Shown here: piece after piece, positions 35,591 through 48,150 of the stretch | How the letters are laid out: each line of letters starts with the position of its first letter | Position numbering within the stretch: position 1 is the first letter of the stretch | Assembly (NCBI RefSeq): GCF_011386835.1 | Contig: NC_088794.1 | Coordinates: 38,998,001 to 39,062,000, forward strand | Origin: Chrysemys picta bellii | Lineage: Eukaryota | Reading direction: 5' to 3' | Length of the DNA stretch: 64,000 nt | Position numbers and translations under genes: made by a program | Notes under the pieces: model-generated | What the model saw: only the letters and a program-made list of their open reading frames with translations | The model's database searches: none | Told to the model about the DNA's origin: nothing

Positions 35591-37770
35591 TGATAATAAT
35601 TGGATTTCTATGCTAACCAAAGATCTGGTCCTGCAAACAATTACTGCTGGCTATAGTGCTTAATAATCAGGCATAGTCCCACCAAAGCCAATAAGACCAT
35701 GTCTATTAGTAAACTCTATACCTGCTAAGTGTTTGCAGATGTTAATTTTTTAACAGAAATTATGTTTAAGCAGCCTTTTTGGTAATTTTTTCCATCCATG
35801 AAATGGAACTATGCTGCTTCATTGACTGTATCCTTGAACGCATCATTCTGCACATCACAAATACCATGGGTTTTGTGGGCTGCAGTGAGACTTCAGTTTT
35901 TTGTGATGTCCCATTGTGGGATATTGGCATTGAGCCAAAAGCACCAAGAAAATTCTCTAGGGAAGCAAGCAAATAATGTTAAAACTGGTTCCTGTGCTTT
36001 CCCAACCCCACCCCTCCACCAGCCTGATTAGTAAGAGAATCCTATTCAGAAATCTAGGAACAAGTCAAGTTTGATTTTTTTTTTTTTTTTACTTTGTAGC
36101 TAACTTTTACAAGTTTTAGGTAAGCAGGACCAAATCTTCAGCTGATGTAAATCGGTGTAGCTCTACCACCTGAGAATCGGGCTTAAAATATGCTGATACT
36201 TAGCAAGAATTGTGTTTTCTGTTCAGATCAGGTCTTTACATAAAACAGTCCAAGGTATCTGATGTAGACAGTGTCCATAATGGAGTTGATTTTTTTAATT
36301 ACTTTCTACTGAATTTATTGCAGGTGTGCTAAGTCTGTCCAGCAGAGCCCTTTTATTTGTGTACCTACACCTTTCTTTAGATTGGCATTTCAGATATATT
36401 TGTTTCTGTGGTATAATGGTTGATATTGATATGCGTGTGATTAAGGTGCAAGTGAATTCCACCTCTCTAAATGGATGAATGCTGATGAATAACTGCTGAA
36501 TGGACTCCCTACTTCATTGGGTAAATTAAAGCCTTATTCATAACAAATGTAATGTACTTTTCAATGAACCACATCAGTTTGATCCTCAGCTACAGATTAG
36601 ATTTCTCGTTTCCTTATTTTGCTCTCTATAAAATGTCTGTCTAACTTGCTTTGAGGAGCTCTGCAGATTAAAGATGATGCAGGAGACTCCCTTTTATCCA
36701 TATGTACGATCTATGGTCCTGTGCTTAGTTCATTTTCAAGGAATAGAGTAGAAAGGTAGATGCTGACATCACAGAAATGAATGAGGGGGGGAAATCAAGC
36801 AGTGTTTACTTTAAATCTCTCAGTGTATATTCAAAACAAAATGGTTTCGTTATAAGGAAAGCCAAACACACACCCCCATTGTGTTTCAGAAACAATAAAG
36901 CAGCTGGTCTACTGGGAAGAGAACAGCATTTGTTGTTTGCCTGTGTTCTTTGCACACATTCCACACACACAGGGGCTAGAGAAGGGTGCAGATTTGCAGG
37001 AGGGAAGCAAGTGACGGTATGGCCCTTATCGACCCACCCAGTCCCAAAAATGCAATCAGATGCAGCATTACCAGTTCTTGCAATTTTATCATGAGTCTCA
37101 TGATATCTGAGGCCTTTCTTAAAGCCCCAGCTCCTGGAGTCATGTGATTGAAGGAGAATCTCAGGATTATGTTTTTTTTTAAGTAGTTTCTAGCTTTCCT
37201 GGCTGCAGTGAAAAGCTTCAAAACATGATCCCTCACCGCTCAAAATCTGGAAGGCAAATAAAAAGAATTTTATATATATCCTATATCTATATTTATATAT
37301 AATGTTAAACTCAAGGTTTTTAAGCAAATCTCTTTACTTTGGAGAGCTGACCCCTGGTTTTTGAATCCTTGTGGTTGGCAATACTGATATTTTTCTCCCA
37401 CACAAAAAATAATGGCTCTGCCCCCCTTCAACCCTCCCACAGGGAGTGATGGTTATTGCCCCCAATCCTTTCAAAAACTGATAGGGTCCTCTTCCTTCCC
37501 CTCCCCCAACCCGAAGATATTATACTTCAACTGTTTACACTGTCTTTTTTTTTTTGTCTTCAAACATTTCTCCCTTTTTTAGCCTGCAGCAAGTGAGAAG
37601 TGGAGACATAAATAAATCCCCCTCCTCTCCCCCCCCCCCCCCCCCGGGCATCACTCATCCAGTTCAAGCACTGGCCTAAAGCATTAGGGAAGGAAATTTA
37701 AAAATAGCTTTGTGTCAAGCTGGGGGGAGGATATTTGACAGAAAATATTTCTCATGTTGCCTACCTCTAA

Positions 37771-37933
37771 GGCCTGGTCTACACTAGTGGGGGGGATCGA
37801 TCTAAGATACGCAACTTCAGCTACGAGAATAGCGTAGCTGAAGTCGACGTATCTTAGATCGACTTAGAATTACTTACTTCGTGTCCTCGCGGCGCGGGAT
37901 CCCCCGTCGACTTTGCTTCCGCCTCTCGCCGAG
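37771..37933. mobile_element. Truncated young Harbinger MITE (left half only)
   Basis: taa|GGCCTGGTCTACAC start, the same internal hairpin as 34905-35199, and no right TIR. Confidence 0.8.
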
Positions 37934-37950
37934 CAATGCAGAGACACTCA

Positions 37951-38404
37951 GGGTATGTCTGCATTTGAATTGGGTGGTGTGATTCCCAGTTCGCCTAGTC
38001 AAGCACAAAGCTGACCAGCTGGTAGGTAATACCGATCACCTCTGTGCAGGCAGATTGATCCAAAGATCCAAACTGGATTTAGTGCCACTGAATCACAGCA
38101 TGGCCACGTAGGGTATGCCAACACTATGTTTCAAAACCTGCCTCAGCAAGTCTCAGAGCCCAGGTCTACAGAGTTGGGCTAGCAGAGTTTGGTCTAACAC
38201 TCTAAAAACAGCTGTGTAGCCAGCACTCTGAAGTCACGAGTCAGGCTGGAGTTTGGGCTCTGAAAGCCATCCCCCACCCTGGTCTTCAGACTCCCAGCCC
38301 GTATCTTTGCATAGCAGTTTGTAGAGCCGTAGCGCAAGCCCAAGTCTGTGGACCCATGCTCTCCGACTCACTGCCACAGGTTTGAAAACACTGTAGACGT
38401 ACCC
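37951..38404. mobile_element. Older PIF/Harbinger MITE
   Basis: Ends GGGTATGTCT...GTAGACGTACCC. Confidence 0.65.
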
Positions 38405-40853
38405 ATAGGGCCACATCCAGAGACCCAGGGCCCAGCCCAAGGGAGAACAGAATTCTCCTTCCCAGGTTGTAGAGCAGATGTAGAGCTAGTCCTTGGAGCC
38501 TGATAGAGCCCCGCGGCACTCCTGTGGCAGTGGGAGGACTGTACTAGCACCGCTCCATCCCTGCCATTTAGTAAACAGATTTAAAGCCTTGATCAGTATC
38601 TTGTCATATCTTCAACTGCTCCTTGGTGCACAGGGAGTCTCTGTAGTGCCGGGTTCCCTACTATGCATCCCTTCAACAGCCCTGTGAGTCCAGGCTCCCA
38701 CACACACACAACTTATGCAGCATAACTGCAGCCAGGGAGCCTCCCTCACCTGTGATGGTCTGACTCATTTTGCCCCTTAGGGTCACTCATATTTGTTCTA
38801 CCAATGAGCAAAACTTCAGCGGAGGCCTTACACTGTAAGTTTTAATATTGCTTGTATCCAGTTGGTGGCATGATTGGCTCTGACCACAGATTGTGTCCTC
38901 ACAGTCCCACGTGGTTCATACTTGGTTAGTAACCATTGTCTGCCATGCTGCTGTCATCTTGTAATTGCTTTGGCACAATTTTTCTTTTGCTGTATAGAAG
39001 GGAATTCCCTCCCAACACCATGTGAGCCTGTGTAACCAGTTTGGCTAGACTTCCTTCCTTCCCCCTCTCTCTGTGCTGTAGAATATCCCAGAGTGCATGG
39101 GCCCAGGTTGTGCTGGTGCATGTCCTCTGGGCACTCTCTCCCATACGGAGGCACTATAGGATAGCTGTCATGATTTTCCCACAATGCACTGATATAAACT
39201 ACTTAGGCAAGTGCAGTTCAGCCCCGGTTGCAAAGCAGAAAGGCAGCAGTCTGAACTCAACCTGTGTTTGTTGTAAATGGGTCAGATGAGCATTACCAGC
39301 TGTGTTTGTGTCACATGCCACATGGCTAGGGTCAACAAGTCTCATTCCAGCATTGTCTTCAGTGATACACTGTTGTGAGGACCACTGATTCTCTGGCCTT
39401 ATTAAGAAGCCACACTTCCAGGCCACATTTTTAAATCCAACTGTCTCGCTATACAATAGTACCTTAAATCATTTCTAATGTATGGGATCTCTTTTCTTAT
39501 TCCATAGCCCAGGGCTCTGGTGCATCTTCATTCCGAGTTTTTCTTTAAAATGTTAACAAAATAGATTTATTTTAAAAAGGCATCTTCTAAAACTTAATGA
39601 GGGAATCTGCCCCAATCAAGTACTTGCAATCTGATCAAAACTAAACGTTCCATGTCTCGTAGAGCAACACCCATCAGAGAGACCTCTTTGGCACGAAGCT
39701 TGTGTATCATTAATTGGCTCAACAAATAAGTTAAGGTCTCAAATTATCTCATCCTCTTTTCCTTGGTATTCAGCTACAAGAGCCAGAACCTTAGCTGGTG
39801 TAACTTGATGCTCCACCAGTTGAGGATCTAGCCCAGGAATGTCCTCTCCAGAAAACCTCAGTAATGTGGAGTAGTGGATAGGGTACTGGACAGGAGGAGA
39901 CCTCGATTCTGTTCCAAGCAATGCCACTGACCCATATTTTGACCGTGGGCAAGTTGCTTAAATGGTCTGTGTTTCCGTCGCCCTACCTTTGAAATGAAGG
40001 TAATGATATTTACCTTCTTTTGTGAAGCACGTTGACATCTACAAATAAAGAGCATTATGTGGGCCTGCTCAATCTCCCATTGAAGAAGTCTTTCCATTGG
40101 CTTCACTGGGCTTTGGATCATGGTTTCTAACAGCAAGGGTAAGTTGGGTTGTTTTAACCTTTTTTTTTTAATGGCTGTTTAGAACTTATTTTCAGATACA
40201 TCTGTTCCCCGTTAAGCAAAGATCACAGTTTAATAGCACAGGATATTGGAAAGTGCTGTGCAGCTGTAAAATAAAGCTAAGTAATGGGGGAAAGGGGGAG
40301 AAAGTTGAGGTCTGGAAAAAGGAAGAGTGAAATAAGATCAGAAAATGAGAAGAGGGTTCTGGAATGCAGTGTCTTAAAGGCAACAAAAACAAAGAATTAT
40401 TTGACTGGGAGATGAAAAAGCCACTCAGGAACTGGATATGACCAAAACTGGAATTGCTGAGGTCTGGCAATTAGGTGAAAGTAGCGTGGGTAGCTTAATG
40501 GAAGAAAGCCATGGGTCTAGAGTAATACGGAAGTTGTTGTATCATGATGATGTATAATTACTTATGGTTATGCCAATATAAATCCAAAAGGGAACTTCTG
40601 ATTGAAGATAATGAAATGAGGTCAAGAGTTTTGCAAGCAGCCACCTCCACACTACTCAGCTTGTGTCAAGGAGATTCCCTAAAACCTGCAATATGTTACA
40701 GCAGGCATAGAGAGCTGATCACTGTAGGGTATTTAGTCAAGGGCTTGGAGTGCCTTCGGAAACACACAACCATTCTCAGCCAGGTTCTGATTTCAGAGTG
40801 GTCTCATCACAGAAAAGATGTGAACAAAACCTCCTTCAAAGTACATTTACTGA

Positions 40854-41112
40854 GCCCATGTCTACACTAGGCATGCTTTATACTATACTGGCAAAGTGCT
40901 TCTAGTGGGGATGCAGTTTTTGCCGGCATAGCATATTCCAACCCTTTCCCCACCCCACTGAGCAAATTAAGCTTTACTAGTAAAAGCACACTTTTTTGCT
41001 GATATAACTACATCTACAGCAGGGGCTTTTGCTGGCACAGCTATGTCTATCATGAGACATGTGCCTGACCGAAACAGCTATGCCAGCACAAGTTTGTAGT
41101 GTAGACCTGGCT
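40854..41112. mobile_element. PIF/Harbinger MITE
   Basis: Ends gcccatgtctacact...agtgtagacctggc. Confidence 0.7.
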
Positions 41113-41271
41113 CCTATGAGAATTTTTGCTTGGAGGTGTAAATTTTATCCCCTTTCTCTCCAGAACGTCATTTTACACTGCACAGTTGGTTGAAGCTGGC
41201 CTGATAGGAAAGCTTTTATGTTCCAGTTTTCTATAGAATTGTAAACATCAGTAAATGGAGAAAGTCTAGGG

Positions 41272-41646
41272 CAGTGGTTCTCAACCAGGGGTCTGAGGCC
41301 CGCTGGGGGGCTGCGAGTAGGTTTCACAGGGGGCCGCCAAGCAGGGCCAACATTAGACTTGCTGGGGCCCAGGGCAGAAACCAAAGTCCTGCTGCATGGG
41401 GTGAAGCCCAGGCTCTGAGCCCCACCAACCGGGGCTGAAGCCGAAGCCTGAGCAATGTAGCTTCGTGGCGACCCCTGTGGCATGAGGCCCCAGGTAATTG
41501 CCCTGTTTGCTACTCCCTAGTGCTGTCCCTGGCTTTTATATGCAGAAAACCAGTTATTGTGGCACAGGTGGGCTGTGGAGTTTTTATAGCATGTTGGCAG
41601 GGGGAGGGAGGGGAGGACTCAGAAAGAAAAAGGTGGGGAACCCCTG
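41272..41646. mobile_element. hAT MITE
   Basis: Ends CAGTGGTTCTCAAC...GGGGAACCCCTG with a perfect 8-bp TSD GTCTAGGG (41264-41271 and 41647-41654). Confidence 0.92.
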
Positions 41647-42889
41647 GTCTAGGGCATGATGCTGGAAAGCTTGTAGCATAGTATCTGCTCTGAACATGCT
41701 GCTCTGAACATGCTGCAAAGATTAGGCAAATGAAGCACCTGGAGTTGCTGGCAAGTAACTGATATCTAAGCACCAGATGTGATTTTAAAATTAAGGGGGG
41801 CGGGGAAATTACACACACAGACAGTCTGGTCCCTTGACTAAATTTATCTCTTCTTGTCAAACAAATTGTCTCTCCAACTGCACAGCTTTGGGAGGCAACA
41901 AGTTGTTACCGGATTATTCGAGAGACTGTCTCTGGGAGGAAAGATTTACATTATGTATCCTCTGTCTGTCCCTCTAGCTTTCTCTTCTGAGCAACAAACA
42001 GATGATTAAAGGATTGGGTTTTTAATTATAGCCAGGTAAGCCTGGGGAAAATCTACCTGATGAAAAGACAACAAACACAAAGTCCTTCAGTTTCCCTGGT
42101 CTGAAGAATTTAGCCAATAGAAAAGATGAATGACACACTGGAGCTTGCAAAATATAAAATATTCTGTATTCTTTCAGGAAAGATGCTATGGTCAGCAGTT
42201 TGGGACTCAGTTTGTCTATCTTCCCACCACCCAGCATCTTTATATGCTTCCATCAGTCTCACAGACATTAAGTAGCGGGTTCAAATCAAAAGGTATTTGT
42301 GACAGAAAGTTGTGACCAGCTGATAAAATAAAAAAGTAGGCTTTACCTTCCCACATTCTAAGGGCTTTGTACAGGCCCTGAAATTCAAGGGGCGGAGGGC
42401 TTTCCAAAGCCACATTTTCCTCTTTTTGTTGTTGTTGTCCTGTGGCTGCTGATCTGGTTTGTGAATGAGTCGCATGTACATCCAGTGGCTGTTCAGTGTT
42501 TTATAGATTACATGGTACCTGCTGAACTTCTGTAGAGTGCACATGGATGAAATCTGTGATTGTACAGTTCTCCCCTCAATCCGCTGACAGAACTGGAGCT
42601 GTTCTGGAATAACTTCTGTATACTGTATGCTGACCTGATTACTGGGATGTCTATTGTATGAGCATAGTGGTTTAGTTAATAAGGAGCGTTTGTAGGAACC
42701 AGACTAAGATGCAGGCAACCACCAAACTGTCTGAAGAAGCTAGGCCTGCTCAGGTTACCATGGGGATAGTGAGCCTTTAGGAAAGGTAGACATACACTTA
42801 GATTGTGTTCTTTTAAAATCCCTTTTCTCTAAATGCTCTGGATGGGATCCACAAAGGGACTTAAGTGTTGCAACAGTGAGCATCATAGT

Positions 42890-43728
42890 TAGGGTTGCCA
42901 GCCCTCCCAGTTTGGCCTGGGTCTCCCAGAATCGGGCTCGATCTCCTGGAGACTACTGAAGCCAATCCAGGAGATTTTAGGCCGCTAAAAGTCCGGCGGC
43001 GCAGTGGGACTAAGGCAGGCTCCCTGGCTCCGCGGCACTCCCGGTAGCAGCCGGCATCAGCTCCTAGACGCGGGGTGGCCAGGGAGTCTCCGCGTGCTGC
43101 CCCTGCCCTGAGCTCTGATTCCACAGCTCCTATTAGCTGGGAACAGGGAACGGCGGCCAATGGGAGCTGCAGGCAGGGGGCAGAGCCACCTGGCCACCCC
43201 TGAGCCTAGGAGCCGCTGCCAGACATGCTGCCACTTCTGGGAGCCACCCAAGGTAAGTGCCGGCCAGCCAGAGCCTGCACCTTGAACCTCCTCCTGTGCC
43301 CCAACCCCCTGCCTCAGGCTCAGCCTGAGCCTGGAGCTCCCTTCCACACTCCAAACCCTTTTGCCCCAGCCCAGTGAAAGTGAGGGTGGGGGAAAGCAAG
43401 TGACAGAGGGAGGAGGACTGGAGTGAGTGGGGGCCAGGGCCTCGGAGATTTTTTTTTTTTTTTAATATGGAGATATACCTATCTCTTAGAACTGGAAGGG
43501 ACCCTGAAAGGTCATCGAGTCCAGCCCCCTGCCTTCACTAGCAGGACCAAGTACTGATTTTGCCCCAGATCCCTAAGTGGCCTCCTCAAGGATTGAACTC
43601 ACAATCCTGGGTTTAACAGGCCAATACTCAAACCACTGAGCTATCCCTCCCCCGAGAAGGGGCATGGCCTTGGGGAAGGGGTGGGCAAGGATGTTTGGGT
43701 TTGTGCAATTAGACCGTTGGAAACCCTA
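42890..43728. mobile_element. hAT MITE (TAGGGTTGCCA family) carrying a SINE
   Basis: TIRs TAGGGTTGCCA...TGGAAACCCTA with TSD ATCATAGT/GTCATAGT (7 of 8 match). Confidence 0.88.
43449..43653 (-). mobile_element. Tortoise Pol III/SINE, second subtype, with an A-rich tail
   Basis: The tRNA-like head nearly matches 16251-16442, but the 3' region differs (ggagatatacctatctc) and a T-run follows on the + strand. Short GAGA flanks. Confidence 0.9.
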
Positions 43729-43736
43729 GTCATAGT

Positions 43737-44880
43737 ACCTAACTTTTAGGCACCTGGAAAATCACAGGACCAACACTCTAACCCCCAAAGCTGAGTTAGG
43801 CACCTAGGCTCCCTATACAATAAATGGGGAGAGGATAGGCACCTAAGAATGCCATCCACAAAAAGACAGCACACGAGTTGGGGAGCTGCCTAAGCTAGCC
43901 AAATGGAAGCTGGTAATGAGAAGGGCGTGTCCTAAACCCTGCCCAGAGATTGGTACCTAAGTCTAGGCTGCAGGTAAGTGCCTATCTCTGCATAGTGATC
44001 CATGAATGGGAACCCCTCTCCTGCAGTCAGGTGCCTTACGCACCCAAGGTATTTCTTATGAGAATGTATTTGGGCGCTGCCTTACTCCACACAAAATGGC
44101 CACAAGAGGTGGTGACGATGGTGCCCTCCTTATACTTTTTGCCCAGGAGTTGGAGCACTCCCCTGCGATGTGGGAGACCCAGGTTCAATTCCTTGCCTCT
44201 CTGTCAGAGGGGCAAAAAGGATCTGAACAAGGGTCTCCCCCCACCAGGGGAGTGCTCTAAGTACTTCTTCTTAGCACATGCACAACATGCCTCAGGTGGC
44301 ACATGACCAGGATTCATCAATTTGGTCTGCTGGTTGGATTGTTAGCATCCCCAGCCCAGGCACTGACAGGGCGTGTGACATGAACGCTGATCCATGCCCC
44401 CTAACCACTGGGCTATGGGACAGTCTGATGCAGAGCTCCCTGAGTCTCTCCTGTTTAAACTGTTCCACTGTGGATAGATAATGGAAGAGTGACTGGAGCA
44501 GAGGGATGGGACTTTGGGGGTGCATCTACACAGCGAGCAGCACTGAGTCCCAGAGCTACAGCCTCGGGCTTGTGAGGCTTGTGCTGTGGGGGGAAAAAAT
44601 GCTAGGTAGACATTCAGGCTCAGGTTCTGAAGTTTAGGGAGCGGGGTGGGCTAAAGAGACAGAGTCTGAATGTCTACTCAGCTATTTTTAGCCCTGGCCT
44701 GTAGTACTGCAAGCCCAAGTCTGTCATCCTGTGCTGAGACACGCTGCTTTGGGCAGCTGCTTGCTGTGTCAACCTACCTTGGGTCTCCCATCTCCCAGTT
44801 GGGTGCCCTAACCACTGGACTAAAGAGTCATTCCCTGTCTCACCCAATGACTGTTGTACTGTGGATAAATACTTAAATTG
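43737..44880. repeat. Composite TAGGCACCTA-motif repeat with tRNA-like segments, interrupted by a Harbinger MITE (about 44518-44778)
   Basis: Repeated taggcaccta motifs and a B-box-like GGTTCAATTCC near 44180. A reverse tRNA-like piece runs from about 44380 to 44820 around the MITE. Confidence 0.5.
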
Positions 44881-46761
44881 CAAATGGAGCATGGAGGTTA
44901 GAGAGAGATTTCACTGCTTAAAAGTATTTGCTGGGAGTTTCCAGATCAATATTTCCACTGGCAGTTCAGCAGCTCATCTGTCTTTCAAGAAGAAAAGATC
45001 AAGCTGTTTCACCTGTGGCATGTGTACACAGCCATGGGCGGCTCTTGTAATTTCACTTGCAAACTATTTCCTTCCTCTTTTATTCACTGATGACAGACTA
45101 GATTTCTGCAAGGTCTCTTTTCACAGTACTTCAAAGGACAAAGGTCAGCACTATATGGGTAAGAATAAGCCCATGATAGACAGCCCCGGGCATGCTCTTT
45201 GAAACAGAGGCTACATGCAAGGAAGGAGCTCAGAACACAAAGAGAGAAATAATACTCACGTTCCACTGCTACTTTTTCAGTGCCATGAAGGCTCTTCATG
45301 GAGACTTATGGGCGCAATAAGGGCCAAGTTTTCAAGGAGCTTCAGCCCAGCCTCTAAAGCTGCACCCACTATTTTTGCAGCGTGACTATGTTTGCAAAAC
45401 TATGGGTGTAGATAAACACAATCCCTCTCCCCGCAAAAAGCCTGCATATGCAAATAATCCTTGCTAAGCATTTAGCTCCGGTCACCACTGCAGTCGAGAG
45501 ATGAGGAAGAGACAAACTGAGGCAGGGAATGGGCTGGATGTGTATGTTGTAACCCAGTTAAATAAAGACACACACTCAGTTCAGGTCTGAGAAAATTCAG
45601 ACTTGCATTGCTCAGTGTGAAAAGGTAAGTAGCTCAGATTTCTAATCCGGTATTAGAAACTCACTGTGGCTGAGTCAGTCACACAGAGATCAAACTGGGC
45701 CTTGGGAGGGGCTCATCTCCACTCCAGATCTCATTACAATACCTGTTGGGTGAGCAGCTATGACTCAGCAAAGCTGCAGGTCCACTCCAGCAGTAGCAGG
45801 CCTTCGTGGCATGCATCTCCTTGAGATTTCATTAGTTAGACTGGAATGTTGCAAAAGGCGAATGACGGCACACTTTTAAAAAGGTAAACCTAGAGAAGCA
45901 TTACTCAGCCACTTCTCCTCCCTCCATTGAATGGAGCCACAAATTGCTTGTAGCGCTGTCATCACCCCACTAACCACCTCCTGCCATTGCACAGCATGAT
46001 TTGCAGTTGGCCTCGCTCAGCCTCACTAGTGAGTCATCCCTATGCCTGAGCTGGTGAGCACTGAGGTCATTCCCTGCAAGTCCTGTGATAGACCCATGCC
46101 AATCAACCAGAGCCCACAAGCAAGGGCCTAACCAGATGATCCCAAAGAAGGTTCCTAATCAAAGCTGCAACTTTAGTCAGTGGTGCTGCCTTGCTGGGAG
46201 AATTCCCGGCTGCCTGGTATTTCTGACAGACTGCTCCCACCTCAACTGGCTCACCCAGCTATTCTGACAATCACCCCATATATTGACATAGCATTGCAGG
46301 CCAATGTTAGGGTGTCACACAGTATTTATTCTGTGGCTCACTGCAGCTCCAGTGCAACATTCTCATCAGCCTCTCCCCCTCCTTCCTGCTACGGGTAACT
46401 AGAATGGATGTGGCTATTTCACCACTTTTCCCATCCTCCCATTGCTGAGAGGGCCAGGGTATGATAAGTATTTCTGCTCACTCCCTCCTGCTTAACCCTG
46501 TTCCTGGCTGCTCCAAAGGACAGAGACCACAGTAGCCCCAGACAACTTTTAGTGAGTAAATTTCATATATTAGAGAGAAAGAGAGAGTTTTAGCACCCTA
46601 GGTCCTTAGCTGGTGTACATTGAAGTAATTGTGCAGGCGTTGATTTACCTGAACTGAGGGTATGATCATGGATGTGCTTTTTTATCTCTCCCTCCCCCCA
46701 CCCCATCCCCCATATTGTTGTTTTCTCTTCTTTTCAGTCTTTTGAGGCTCTGCCTTGGGCT

Positions 46762-48150
46762 TGAGGGTGCCAATTAATGCTCCCCAAGGGTAGCCCAGGT
46801 TGTGACGCACATCACCATCACTTGCCCATAGCGTGAGGAAGTCTTCTCTGTGGCTGCTGTGGATCAGCTCCCTGAAACCACCAGCCTCAGGCAACACAAG
46901 CACTGCCTTCCAGGCCTCCCTCTATCTGTACACATTAGCAATAGGCACACACCAACCCCTGAGTCCTTGGGAGCATTTCCTGTTGTGCCCAGCCCCTTGC
47001 CCACTGAATGCTCTCAGAATTACCAGGCCTGCTGCTCCCAGAAGAACAGCACACGCCAGCTTGTAAGATTGCACTCAGGATCACCACAGCACTTAGGAAT
47101 GTTTCTAGTGAAAGCAAGAATAAGGTCATTATCAATGAACAGAGATTCAAGTAAGAGTGAGTAAGAAGACTGGAAACACATGGTTACATACATGCTTCCT
47201 AGAGACTAAAATTTACTAACAAGTTACCCTCCTGTCCAAAGAAGCTTATCTCATCCAGTTCTCTCCAGTGTTTTCAGCCAGGCCTGCATGAGACCCCTCT
47301 TCCAGGAAGTAGATGCAATTTACTTCTTCAGTGAAGGATGCCAGGGTGTCGTCTTTGTTCCCAAATACACTAGAGCAAACCTTTGATGTGCACCTCAAGA
47401 TAGGGGGTCTCCCTTCCTCCGCCCCGCCCCCCCGGCCATGGGTGGCAGGTATCATAGTCTGGGGGAGGCTGTGCCTCCCCAAAGAGCCAGGTGTGTCCCC
47501 GCCCATGCTCTGTGCCTAGGCCCACTCCTGCTTCCCGCTCTGCAGCACCCCCCTGTGCGGTGGCCCCGGCTTGGGCTGGGGCCGCAACACCCGCCCTCCT
47601 GGTGCTCCAGAGCTGGGGGCACTAGCCCGGGGTGGGGACTGGTAGTTGCAGTGGGAGGGGTCTGGGCTCCAGTGAGGGGGGGCACGGAAGGGGTGGGGGC
47701 TCAGGTGGAAGGGGTGGGGCTGGGGGCTAGCATCCCCAAGCTGGTGGTTCACGGGTCACCCATGCCCCCCACATTGTTTGGTTCTTCCTGTTACTATTCT
47801 CTCTCTGAAATTTTTACAATCTGTATTATCATCCAGTTTAGTCTTGTGAGAGGAGACCCGTTGTCAGCCATACAATACTTAATATACATGTAAACATCCG
47901 GATAGATTAACATTTCTTGTCTGACAGAAAACCTATTTTTACACCTTTGCTGGTGACCAGTCCCTAGACAATGACTTTAAAAATGTAATTTTCTGTTTCT
48001 ATACATAAATCCTTACACAACATCCGTACATACATTTTGCAATAATATTGATGACCACTGTGACACTGGCTTTTATTTGAGATCTCACATGACACTCTTT
48101 AGTCGACCTAGTAGCATCCAAAATGTGCCCGGTCATTAATTACATGATCA
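46762..48150. mobile_element. Probable old solo LTR (Gypsy-like) with a nested hAT MITE
   Basis: Motifs recalled from turtle LTR families (gcacttag..atgtt..tagtgaaa.caag, ggttacata). The ends are approximate and no TSD was resolved. Confidence 0.45.
47437..47764. mobile_element. GC-rich hAT-like MITE
   Basis: Inverted ends CATGGGTG...CACCCATG with degenerate 8-bp flanks CCCCCGGC/CCCCCCAC. Confidence 0.65.

Noticed and set aside
39739-39927. EDIPGLDPQLVEHQ, resembling the start of a Gypsy RT
   Set aside because: It overlaps one of the short palindromic repeats and a SINE, and no other pol motifs are nearby.
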